A DNA stretch of 20,000 bases from Peribolospora baueri (lineage: Eukaryota). The stretch covers positions 52,891-72,890 of the forward strand of contig JAMDHS010000098.1 of the NCBI GenBank assembly GCA_029717555.1, in the 5' to 3' direction. The translations under genes were made by a program, and so were the position numbers. The notes below the pieces were generated by a model. The model did no database searches. It saw only the letters and a list, made by a program, of their open reading frames with translations, and was not told the origin of the DNA. Below, one piece after another: positions 10,220 through 20,000 of the stretch; the stretch's first letter is position 1; each line of letters starts with the position of its first letter.

Positions 10220-10911
10220 TCCGGCGATTCTCGTTCCTTTTTCGACCGACATGGTCCCCTTTTACTTCGTCTTCGTCTCTCGTTGTACAAATTTTCTTCC
10301 CTTCTTTTTGGCTTTCCTTTTTTTATTCTGGTTTCGACTTCTCTTTCTCTCTCTCCATCTCTTTCTCTTTCTCGTTCGTCTTCCTTTGCCAATCTTCCGT
10401 ACCATACAGTACACATCGGACACTTCTCGATCGTTATCTCTCCTCCGGCCCCGGTCCATCCGGTCCGTCGTCGTCTGTCATATATGCCTTCCTCGTCGCT
10501 CGTCTGTTTTCAGCGCTTCGTGTGTACTCCCTCGGCCTCCCTTTCGTCTCTTTCGCCATGTTGTGTTCTTCTCTTCCCCCTTTCCAATAGCTTGTCGTTG
10601 TAGTCTGCTCCACCTCCCCGCTCCCACCACATCTTCGACGCTTCGACATCCAGCAACGTACGTCCTGTCCTTCGACCAACCGCTTCTGGGGTCGACGTAC
10701 GACACATACAATCTGCCCCAGCCGTCCGTCCGTCCTCAAAGTTTCGTCTCGTCACTTCCTTCCCGTCGCGCCCAACCCAAACCTCCCTTTCGTCGTTCCT
10801 CGTTCGCACTTTTGCACTCGGCCCTTCGCCGCGCTCTACCCTCTTCGCTGTGCATAACTCACTCGCTCGCTTGTTCCAACTCCCAGCTCGTCTCCCCCTG
10901 CTCCTCTCTTT

Positions 10912-10934
10912 TGTGTGTGTGTGTGCGTGTGTGT
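10912..10934. repeat. (TG)n microsatellite in the presumed 3' UTR of the BTG-domain gene
   Basis: tgtgtgtgtgtgtgcgtgtgtgt. Confidence 0.8.
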
Positions 10935-11638
10935 TTTTCCCCTTCGTCCGGAGCCGGAAAGGTTAGACGCTTCTTTCCTCATCTCTCCCTTCTCTCGAGA
11001 CCTCTCTTTCCGCCGCTCGTTCGAATCCCGTCTGTCTGTCCGTTCGTTCGTTCGCCGTCGACACCTCTCGTTCAATCGCACCGTTTTTTCCCTTCGACGA
11101 GCTCTGTGTGCGCATGTGCCCTGTACTGGTCGACTCCATGAACCCCCCGGCGCTGGCTTCCGAAAAGGACGAGAAGAGATGGCGAAAAAGACATCTGAAC
11201 GGCGGGTCCTTCTCCCCAACGATGCGCAAGTCGCTCCCCCCCCTTCGTCCACGAAATGGGGAGCGCGGAGCAGGGGTGGCGTAGGCTCATTTAAAAGGGA
11301 TCGAGTTAAAAGTGAGGCGAGGTGAGGGCGAGAAGACATGGGCAAAACAAGGGCGAGCGGGCACGGCCGCGACAGGGATGGTATTGCGGGGGGGCGGCTG
11401 GGGGCACGTATGCTACAATGGTTGTTGCATCGGATGGGGGGGCAAGGAAGGACGTCTGCACACGTCGTGTGCGAAGCGAGCGAGCTCTGGCCACATGTGG
11501 GACATGAAAAGCGATCATGTAGCAGGGTGATGCAACGTCGGACGGCGGTAGACGACTATGACGACGAGAGACGATATGGGGCAAGGGAAAGAAAAGAAAG
11601 AGGTGAGAGCCGACGCCAGCTAGGTAAGATCGCCCTCA

Positions 11639-12317
11639 TTACGGGCGACCGCTACCGCTGTCGGAACTACGTTTGTCTTGCCTGAGACGCTCTTGCAAGG
11701 CGCGCAGCTCGTCCTCTATAGAAGGCTTGGAAGACCGCGCTGGACCGTCGCCACTGGCGTCGGCGCCGGAATGCCGTGCGCTGCCGGGTTGCGTCGAGCC
11801 GGCGGATTGGTGTGGTCGGTCGTGGGACTGTCCTCGAGGCCGAGAGGATTCGTGGACTGCACGGAGAGGAGGAACGGAGATGGAGCTCTCTTTCGTGGTC
11901 TTTCTGATCTCCGCAACCTGCTGGACACCCAAAGAGGCAGCAGCGACCGAAAAAAGCAACACTCACATCGCCTCCGAGCCTGTCCCCAGTCCCACCCTGC
12001 GCTCTCCCCCGCCTCGTTCGCCACCCGCCCCGCCTTATCCGCAGGCGGTACACCGTCCTTCAGCAGGCCATCTAAACGCCTGCTCAGGGCCTCGTCGAGC
12101 TTTCGAGGGAGCGTGTGGGAGTGGGCGTAGAGCTTGTCGAAGGCGCGGAGGAAGTGGGGGCTGTTGACGAGCTGTTGTGCGGGAGCGAGATGAGCGAGTG
12201 AGCCAGGCGGCCGGGCCAGGCCAGCCAAGCAAGCGCGTGGGATGTGCTCACCTTCTGAGTCAGGTACTGGGTGAGCATCCTGGTGAGGATACGCACCAAG
12301 AACTGAGGGAGCGGCAT
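11639..12317 (-). CDS. Small (~162 aa) uncharacterised protein with an Mrx7-like N-terminus; 3 exons (12317-12252, 12171-11967, 11856-11639)
   Basis: ATG at 12317. Intron 1 12251-12172 (GTGAGC...CAACAG, phase 0) gives MPLPQFLVRILTRMLTQYLTQK|LVNSPHFLRAFDKLY. Intron 2 11966-11857 (GTGAGT...pyrimidine tract...GCAG, phase 1) continues in frame to ...SIEDELRALQERLRQDKRSSDSGSGRP*. The amphipathic N-terminus resembles fungal Mrx7 (KLL.SP.F.R.V). Intron 2 lacks a clear branch site. Confidence 0.6.
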
Positions 12318-13108
12318 GACGGAGGGCGAGGATGAGGAGCGACAGACGGAGAGTTCGTGCGAGGGTCGCTCGCTTGCTTGCTTACTTGCTTGCTTCTCTG
12401 GCTCCGGCCGGAGAATATAGGACGAGGCGGAGATGGACGGGTATACGCGGGACGTGCTCGCCGGTTCGACCTTGCGACTCCGGCCGGCCGGTCGACGACG
12501 ACGTCTGAGCGAGAAGCCGTCAGGGCCTATCTCACCCCGTGTCGAGCATCGACGTCCGTCGTCGACCCCGTTTGCTCGTCCATCCTCGCTCTCCCTCCTT
12601 CTCCACCCTCCCAGCACCGCCCGACGGCGACGACACCGCGCTCGTGCATCCACCTACACCGCACTGTCGGACCGTCGGACGACGCGGCGCGGAGCCAAAG
12701 GCCGTCTCAAGGGGACGCTCAAGTGGGCCGGCGGGACGAACGGCGGAGCGGCGACGAGCAGCGACCGTCCTCATCGGCATCATCGACATCGTCCATATCA
12801 TCGCCGTCATCACCGCCATTGCCTTCGTCTCCATCATCACCGTCGACATCAGCCGCGGACGACCGGGACTACGTCGTCGGGAACCAGCCTGGCAGGCGAC
12901 CGCGTCAAGTGGTTCAGCGCGCCGTCTACGTTCGCTCTCGCTTCCCACTTTCCACGACTCCCTCCAGCCGCTACAGGCGCCCATACCAACTCGCCGCTTT
13001 TGCACGCCGTCCATCGTTGGGCGGCTCTTTGACGGCACCTAGCCACCCGGCTCTCTCGGAGACATTCAGTGAGCGAGCGACGCGGGCTGCGCGTTTGTGC
13101 GGTGAACC
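12318..13108. promoter_or_regulatory. Divergent intergenic region shared by the Mrx7-like gene (-) and the MIT gene (+); promoter(s) plus 5' leaders
   Basis: The two genes are head to head with start codons 792 nt apart. No specific cis element was identified. Confidence 0.45.
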
Positions 13109-16100
13109 ATGCCCGAGCCACTCCCGCCTCAAGGGCCCCCTCCTTTGGTCGGCCTCCCTCCGACACCGAGCGATGCGGCGGGTGGAGAAGGAGGAAGGAG
13201 AGGAGGGGGAAGAGGGGGAGGAGCAGGACCTCCGTCACGACCAGCGGCAGCCGACTCGTCTCTCCTCAGCCCTCCCAGCACCACTGTCCTCTCCAGTCCT
13301 TCCCTCCTCTCTGAAACCTCGTCCACATCCAACAGCGGCAATACCACCCCCACCCCCGCTGGAGGCACTGGCCCTTCTTGGTCTGGCTCCCACTCTCCTT
13401 CCCTTGGCCCCAGCTTCTCTCCTGGCCCGCCTCCTTCCCCGACACCATCGGCGTCTACGACCGGCACCACATCATCCAAAGCCGTGCTCACTATCGCTCT
13501 CCAGAAAGCGCAGTCGGCAGTGCTCCTTGACACGGCCAACAACGTGCCGGCGGCCATCAGCGCGTACAAACAAGCCGTGAGGTTGTTGGAGGAAGTCATG
13601 GACAGGGTCACCGCCAAAGAGGGGGCTGAGGCGGAAGCGGACGGAGAGGACGAGAGGCAGGGCAAGAGGAGGAAGGGAAGAAGGAGCAAGCAGGCGAGGG
13701 AAGAGGAAAGAAGGAGGCTCAAGGTCATCGTGAGTCGCGCCCTTCTCTTTCTTTGACATCACCGGCCCCCCCTGGTTTCGAACATGCTAAACGAATCTCC
13801 ACGACTCAACCCCCCCTCTTCTCTTCTCCCTCGCTGACATGATAGCACGACACGTACGCAGACAGAATACGGTTGCTGTCCATGATCTATTCCCCGGACG
13901 GGGACGACTCGGATGGTTCAGGCTCGGACGTGCCCGACGTGCCCGAAGGCGTGACGCCCGAGGCCTCGCCACAGCCAGACCTCGGGCCTCCATCGTTCGT
14001 GGGACCGTCGCCAGACCTCGGAGAGGTGGCTCCCTCACAGCCCGTGCAGCCATCAGATGCTGGGGCAGCTCGGACGTCGGATCCTCCGGCTACTTCCACG
14101 ATGCCTGGAAGAAGGGAGAGCGGGTCAAATGAGGGTGCCAAAGCGGATCCTGCGGATCCCATTCGGCCTTCGCAGCGACATGGCTCGCCGGCTTTGACCT
14201 GGGCGTCCTCCACGACCGGCCTTCGCTCTCCACCTAAGCTGGGTCGTTTTTCCCGTCGACCTGGTACTGCTTCCTCCGTGGCATCCGAATTTGAGGAACC
14301 TGGCACGGTCACGGTATACTCTTCCACTTCCATCTCTCATCTTGCCGGCCTTTCCAGCCCCTCCCGCTCCTCTCCGTCCCCCAGTCGCCCAGCCATTTCT
14401 GCCCCTTCTACACGTGCTCCCAGTCGAGGCACCTTCGCGTCGTCATCGTCGATTTCTGAAGAGACCTCCTCGCTCAGTGGCTTTCAACCCTCTAATAGCT
14501 TCTCAAGCAGCTTGGGCGCGCAAGAAGGTGGGACCGAGCCGGACACGCACGTTCGCGCGCCCACCTCGTTCAGGGATCGACCACCCGCTCCGGCCATCTC
14601 TGTGCTTCCTGACAGCCCGCTCGATGCGGTCGCGTCCCCGTCCCGAACGGGTGATAACTCCGCGCAGGTCAGGCAGACCCCTGGAAGCACTTTACAAGCA
14701 ATTCCCTCCAGCAGCGCATCAATCCGCTCCACGGCCACCGCTCATTTTAGTGGCACAGCCAGCGTGGATAGCATGGGCAGCGGAGGCGGCGTGCTCCCTC
14801 CCATTCGACCGGTGAGTGATTTGCTCGGCGTGGACGAAGAGCTCAAGACACCCGCGACGCCCTACTTCGACGTCGATCCCAACCTCGGTGGATCGTATGA
14901 CGTGGAAGACACGGTAGAGACGCTTTCAGCTTCTTCTTATGCACTCAACGGACGCGGAGCGGGCTCGAGACGAAGCTTCAGCGGAAGCAGGCTGAAGCAG
15001 CGCGAGGAGATGGGCAGGACGAGTATGAGCTCTACGGACGATTGGGAGGAGGACCCGCGCACCGCGAGGGAGCCTGGCGACGATTGGGGTGCCGACATTG
15101 CCGCCACTACCGTTGGCGCCAATTTCTACGTCGTCTCGACGCCTGGAGCGGGGGGCAGCGGCGAGAGGGACCAACAGCGGCCTTCACAGCACGGGGAAAG
15201 GCAGTGGCGCGGTGGGGGCCAGATGCTGCCGCAAGGGTTCCAAATTTCGGATTCAGAACCGGTATCACCACGAACGATCCAGCCGCCGCCGCCTTTGGCC
15301 AGCATGGGTGCACCCGCCGCCGGCGACGGCAGCGGCAGTGTCGTGGACGAGCGATCTGCGCTTCGCGCGAGGGCGAACAGTACCAGCACCGTCTTACCCT
15401 CAGGCCATCCGGGATCCAGCTCTGGATCGAGACGGATTCCTTTTGGTGGGGATGGCAAGCTGCTCATCAGCCCGACTACTGGTCTGGGCACGATCAGTAT
15501 GCGGAGGAAGAACAGTCCCAACACGCCTTCTTCCGAGTTCTCGCCGTCTGCGCCTGACGCGACGCCGATGCAGTCATCCAGGTCGCTGCCCACGTCTACA
15601 GCGGATCCTCCGCCATCAGCGTCGACGCGACCGGGTATGTCCAGTTCGCTCAGCTCGGAGGGCCAGCAAAGCCCTCAGCAGCTCATGTCGCAACAGAAGG
15701 CACCGAACGCGAGCGGCGGTGCTGGAGGTCACGGTCTTGGCCTCGGTATGGGTATGGGTGGTAGGACGCGCAGCGCGAGCCAACCGGGCAAGCGGCCTAG
15801 CTTGACGAACCTCAACATCGCCAGCGCAACATTCATGCCCAAGGCTGCAGCCCCGCCCTTGCCTCAGCTTTCGACGAGGAAGGCAAGCATGCCCGGCGGC
15901 AAGGCTCCGCCGCCACAGCTACAGGGTGCTCCGGGGATTCATGCGCAGAACACCGGCTCCATCGCCTCTCGGGCCCCTCCAGCCCCGGAGCAAACTTCTC
16001 CGCTCGTCCCCTCTTCGCCCACCCAGTCCGCTCACTCGGATCGAGATCGAGGAAGGGCCCCGACGCCGTCGGGCGTGGCGGCCGCTTCGCAGTTCGTCGC

Positions 16101-17234
16101 GTCCTCTTTACCTCCTCCCGACTTGTCCATCTCCCTCGCGCCACCGGCCAGCTCGATCCAGCGTCCGTTCCACCTCATGCGCACTCTCCACACTACCATC
16201 ACCAGCGGGGGGTACCTCACCCGCAAACTCTTCATCCCTCGCGCCTTGTGGAGCCAGTCTGGCGCGCGCCTCGCGGCTGTAGAGACCAAGGTGCGCATGC
16301 TCGAGCTCATCGCGGCCGCGTTGGAGGGCGTGGACAGACTCGGCGACGATCTGCTCCACGGTGCGCCGCCCGGAGCTGGCCCTCCTTCGCAACAGGGGCC
16401 GGCGAGCAACGGCTCGGCGATGGAAGGAAGCAAGACGGTAGACAAGTTTATCAAGGAGCTCGACGGCTTCGACGGCCTGATCGACATGATCCAGAACACG
16501 CTCGCTAAGAAGCTCAACTTTTTGGAGAGTGTAAGCGGGAAGAAGAGCAATGTGGGTCCCTAGAAGCCGCGTCGTCGTCATCGTTGTAGTCGTCGTCGCC
16601 GACTTCTTTGGTTCCCGCTGGGAATGTAGGGCTTTATACGCTGACGGAGGTGCTACTGCGTTTTCTTTTCGTCCATGTGTCCACAGCAAAGCTCATTTGG
16701 CGCTTGGAGCTCGAAGCTTTCGCGGTCGCTCGATCGCATGACCAACGGGCCCAAGAAGTAAGCCCTGGCCTCTTTTCTGATGTGGTCGGACGAGCGAACG
16801 TGCCGGACGAGGCCGCGGACGATCGAAATGCTGACTACTTGAGCGTTTTTTGCTTCTCAGCGATGCTCCGATGACCTACGTCGAGGGTTTGGCCAAGGTG
16901 TTCTCGCAAGCGCAGGTGCTGGGTGAGTCGATCGCTCTTCCCTGCTATCTCGCCCTTAGGTGACTTCACGATTGAAGCTTCGATCCTCACGCACACGCTC
17001 CATACTACCGCAGACCGTCACATCTCCCACCTGCTCCAAGCAACCGCCTCCCCCGTAGACACCTCGAGCAGCTACTACCCCGTCCTTTCCCCCGCCATGC
17101 GTGCTCTTATCGAGACGCGTCTCATCCGGGCGAGCGACTTCTTTGGGAACGTCATCTGCGCGTTCGTCGTCAGGGACTTGGGCGTCCTCATCGACAAGTA
17201 CGTCAAGCGAGGCGGCGGGTGGGTGGTGGAGTAA
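13109..17234 (+). CDS. Fungal MIT-domain protein (~1226 aa) with a long disordered middle and a helical C-terminal domain; 5 exons (13109-13729, 13846-16551, 16687-16757, 16861-16922, 17014-17234)
   Basis: ACCATG start follows an in-frame TGA at 13103. MIT-like SSKAVLTIALQKAQSAVLLDTANNVPAAISAYKQAVRLL...RLKVI|HDTYADRIRLL. C-terminal RPFHLMRTLHTTITSGGYLTRKLFIP...W and ASDFFGNVICAFVVRDLGVLIDKYVKRGGGW. All four introns are GT-AG and keep the frame (13730-13845, 16552-16686, 16758-16860, 16923-17013); the first three have GCTGAC branch sites. Confidence 0.85.
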
Positions 17235-17875
17235 GATTGAGCGCGACCGTTTCGGTGGGCTTTTCTCGCTCTATAGATTCCTCCCTCGCTTTTCTTGGTT
17301 TTCATCCACGTCTCGCGGCTACGTCGAGTGCCCCTCTGCTCCCTCCCTTCTCCTCCGCACCCTTCCGTTTCCCATTTTTCTCCACTCTCGCCCTCTCTGC
17401 TTTCGTTTTCCTTCGATCGTCTTTGGATTCCTCTCGGTATGCCTCTTGTGATACCCGTTCATCGAACGAGTCGACCGACCGCCCGTTCCTCATTCCACTC
17501 CATCTTTCGTCTTCCTGCGGACACATGTAGGGTACCATACTAACCGTCCATACTTTCACCTATCGACGGAAATCGCCATGATATCTCACATATCCTTCTT
17601 CCGCTGCTGTGCGTCCTAAAAGACACACCTTTGTGGGCTTTTTATGTTGGGCAGCAGTCGCTGGCATTTCGAGCGATTTGTATTTCAACGCTCTTAACCT
17701 AATACGTGTTGTTTGCTCGGAGAAGGGCGGGCCAAGACGGCGGCTTTTTGGAAAAACTGCGGCAATGGGCTATCTGACTGGCCGCAGCACTTCGCCTCTT
17801 TAAAGTCCCGAGTCGCCCTCCCTTCGAGAGGGACGCCTGCCCATCTCCTTCTTCGGCTCCTCCTTCACGCCAATC

Positions 17876-19102
17876 ATGCCCGCCGCGTCCCTCATAGACG
17901 GAAAATTAGACTCTGCGCAGGCGTCTCGCGCCTTCAATGCGCTTCTGGCTCACGACCGGAAGACGCAAAAGCAGCGCGAGAAGGGTGACCTCTTGGCGGG
18001 CTCCGACGATGCGGCGGAGCATGTGTGGCTCGTTGTCGGCACCAAGACGATGGGAAGCGAGAAGAAGATCAAGCCGCAAAGGATGTGAGTGTTTCCACTT
18101 TCATCTTCTTGCACCTTCCTTTTTTTTTGTCGACGAGGATCCAATTCGCACGGGTTGGAGGCAACGACCAGGACAAAGGATCGTCCGCTGATGCCGTCTC
18201 GCTTGCTCCACCTCTCAGTCCTCTCGCACACCCCTTGCTAGACCCGCGGTTGTCACCCGTCTGCTTGATCACCAAAGACCCGCAACGACAGTACAAGGAC
18301 CTCCTCGCGTCGAAGAATATCAAGTTCGTAAGCCGCGTCGTTGGCGTCACCAAGCTCAAAGGCAAGTTCAAGCCTTTCGAGGCCAGGAGACAGCTCGCGA
18401 AGGAGCACGACCTCTTCCTAGCCGACGATCGCGTCATTCCTCTCATGCCCAAGCTACTGGGCAAGATCTTTTTCGAAGCGAAGAAGTAGGTCCACACTCT
18501 TCTTCGGATTTCTTTTCGTGCGCTGCCATCGTTTCACGCCTGACAACGTGCCCTTTCATTTTTTTTCCCTCGCGTTCATCCTCCTCGCGCGACTAGGCAA
18601 CCCATTCCTGTTGACTTATCACGGAAAGATCTCAAAGCCGAACTGGAGCGAGCTATCTCTTCGACGTACATGCATCAGAATCGGGGGACGTGCATGTGAG
18701 TAGTGCAATTAACGTCGTTACCCATTTATCTGAACGGAGCGAGGCACTCAATGCTTTTTTCCCTCTGGTATGGGCTCTCGTCTCGTCCCCTTGCGTAGGT
18801 CCATCAAGATCGGCACGACTGCCCAATCGGCCTCACACCTCATCGAAAATTTAACTACCGCCTTGCCGCACATCATTTCCCGCCTGCCAGGCAAATGGCG
18901 CAACGTGCAGTCGCTCCATATCAAGACGTCCAATTCTACTAGCTTGCCCATATGGAATTGCAAGCTTGGCGGAAAAGGGTTGGGTGAGGAGGGGGACGAG
19001 ACGGGAAGGTGGGCTGGGTTTGAGAAAGCGGAGGAGAAGAAGGACGGCGAAGGGAATGACGACGATGAGGAAGACGAGGAGGACGAGAAAGACGACGAGT
19101 GA
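17876..19102 (+). CDS. Ribosomal L1 domain-containing ribosome biogenesis factor (Utp30/Cic1/RSL1D1 family), ~292 aa; 4 exons (17876-18084, 18219-18485, 18597-18695, 18799-19102)
   Basis: Motifs KPQRIPLAHP, VCLITKDPQRQYKDLL, VVGVTKLKGKFKPFEARRQL, DLFLADDRVIPLMPKLLGKIFF, KKQPIPVDL, SIKIG, WRNVQSLHIKTSNSTSLPIW and an acidic tail. The three phase-2 GT-AG introns restore one frame. Confidence 0.9.
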
Positions 19103-19428
19103 GCGCCGTACAGTGGTAGGCGTCGTGGCTATATTTCTCCTGTCCAGCGGTCGGACCTTCTGTACGATTTCCCGTGTAGGTTACCCTGTCATTTGCTCGG
19201 TTTATCAGGCTTCCTCTTGCGCCGTCTCGCGTTTTAGGACGTTCTGGCAGGGATCGGACTAGTGACGATGGACGCGAGCTATATGGTACCACGGCTCAAG
19301 GAGGGTCTGAGAGCATGGCTACGTCCCGATTGCATGTGCACGGCCCTATGCGAAATGCGAAACGAGACTCAACCGTCGCCGGGATATGGCGATGAAAGCG
19401 GACTCGTCCCTTGTCCCTTCCTGCGCAC

Positions 19429-19986
19429 TCAGTTGGCTTTTGGCGGCGCAGTAAGCACTTCGCAACCATCTTCGGTGATGAGGATGGTCTCCTCGAACTG
19501 GGCGCTGCGCTTTCCGTCCAACGTCGCCGCGGTCCAATCGTCAGGCCACTTGGTGTCACCCGGGTCAGGGCCGAGGTTGATCATTGGCTCGATGGTGAAG
19601 ACGTGGCCCGGCTTCATGAAACCGACTGCTTTCTTGCTCTTGTAGTGGTAGATGTTGGGCGCGCAATGGAAGAGCTAGCGTAGACGACGAGATCGGCCGG
19701 AGAAGATGGTTCGAGTCGTATCGTTCAGCGACACGTTTGACGAGCGGAGACAGTAAAAGGATTGTCCTCACCTTGTGAATGCCATGTCCGGTATACGTCC
19801 TCACAACGCTCATCCCATTCCTTTCCGCGATGGGCTGGATCGCTCTTCCAATCTCCTTATACGCAGCACCGGGTTTGCAAAGGGCAATGGCCGCATCGAG
19901 GCATTCGCGAGTTACCTTGATCAACTTGGCGGATTCTTCGTCCACCTTGCCGACCGGGTACGTCGCGTTGAGATCGCCGTGGTAAC
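19429..19986 (-). CDS. MAP1: Methionine aminopeptidase 1 (MetAP1), 3' part; last two exons (19986-19772, 19674-19429), gene continues beyond the window
   Basis: [61 protein letters not shown]. Intron 19771-19675 is GTGAGG...TAG; an upstream acceptor TAG lies at 19989-19987. Confidence 0.95.
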
Positions 19987-20000
19987 CTAGCGAAGAGAGG

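Noticed and set aside
9660..11141. 493-aa ORF overlapping the BTG gene end
   Set aside because: Non-ATG start and F/L/S-rich; explained by A-poor sequence that lacks stop codons.
12357..13580. 407-aa ORF as an N-terminal extension of the MIT gene
   Set aside because: It is in a different frame from the MIT domain, and in-frame stops at 13070 and 13103 precede the ATG at 13109.
19470..19510. MetAP1 motif reads SAQFEET rather than SAQFEHT
   Set aside because: The metal-ligand Glu is retained, and I recall this variant as common in basidiomycete MetAP1, so it is not evidence of inactivation.
1..20000. CRISPR arrays, tRNA/rRNA genes, transposase or RT ORFs, and stop-readthrough (TGA-CTA) PTS1 signals
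   Set aside because: None was seen: the repeats are 2-6 nt microsatellites without spacers, and no gene has a readthrough context or SKL-like end.

Overview
GC-rich, intron-containing fungal genomic DNA. The GTRAGY/GTGCGT donors, CTRAC/CTGAC branch sites and introns of about 80-135 nt, together with the gene content, suggest a basidiomycete (inference). Six protein-coding genes can be modelled by hand: (1) a 5'-truncated RAN/Ran1(Pat1)-like Ser/Thr kinase with large low-complexity inserts (+, <2-3840); (2) an intronless 890-aa protein with an N-terminal BTG/Tob antiproliferative domain (+, 7547-10219), behind a 3.7-kb microsatellite-rich non-coding region; (3) a small three-exon Mrx7-like protein that the ORF track misses (-, 11639-12317); (4) a five-exon, ~1226-aa MIT-domain protein (+, 13109-17234); (5) a ribosomal L1-domain protein of the Utp30/Cic1/RSL1D1 type (+, 17876-19102); (6) the 3' part of methionine aminopeptidase 1 (-, 19429->19986). 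No tRNA, rRNA, CRISPR array or transposon was recognised. The most interesting items are the fungal BTG/Tob-type candidate Caf1 deadenylase adaptor, its extra C-terminal motifs, its long AUG-free upstream region, and an AG|GT site there that resembles a recursive splice site.
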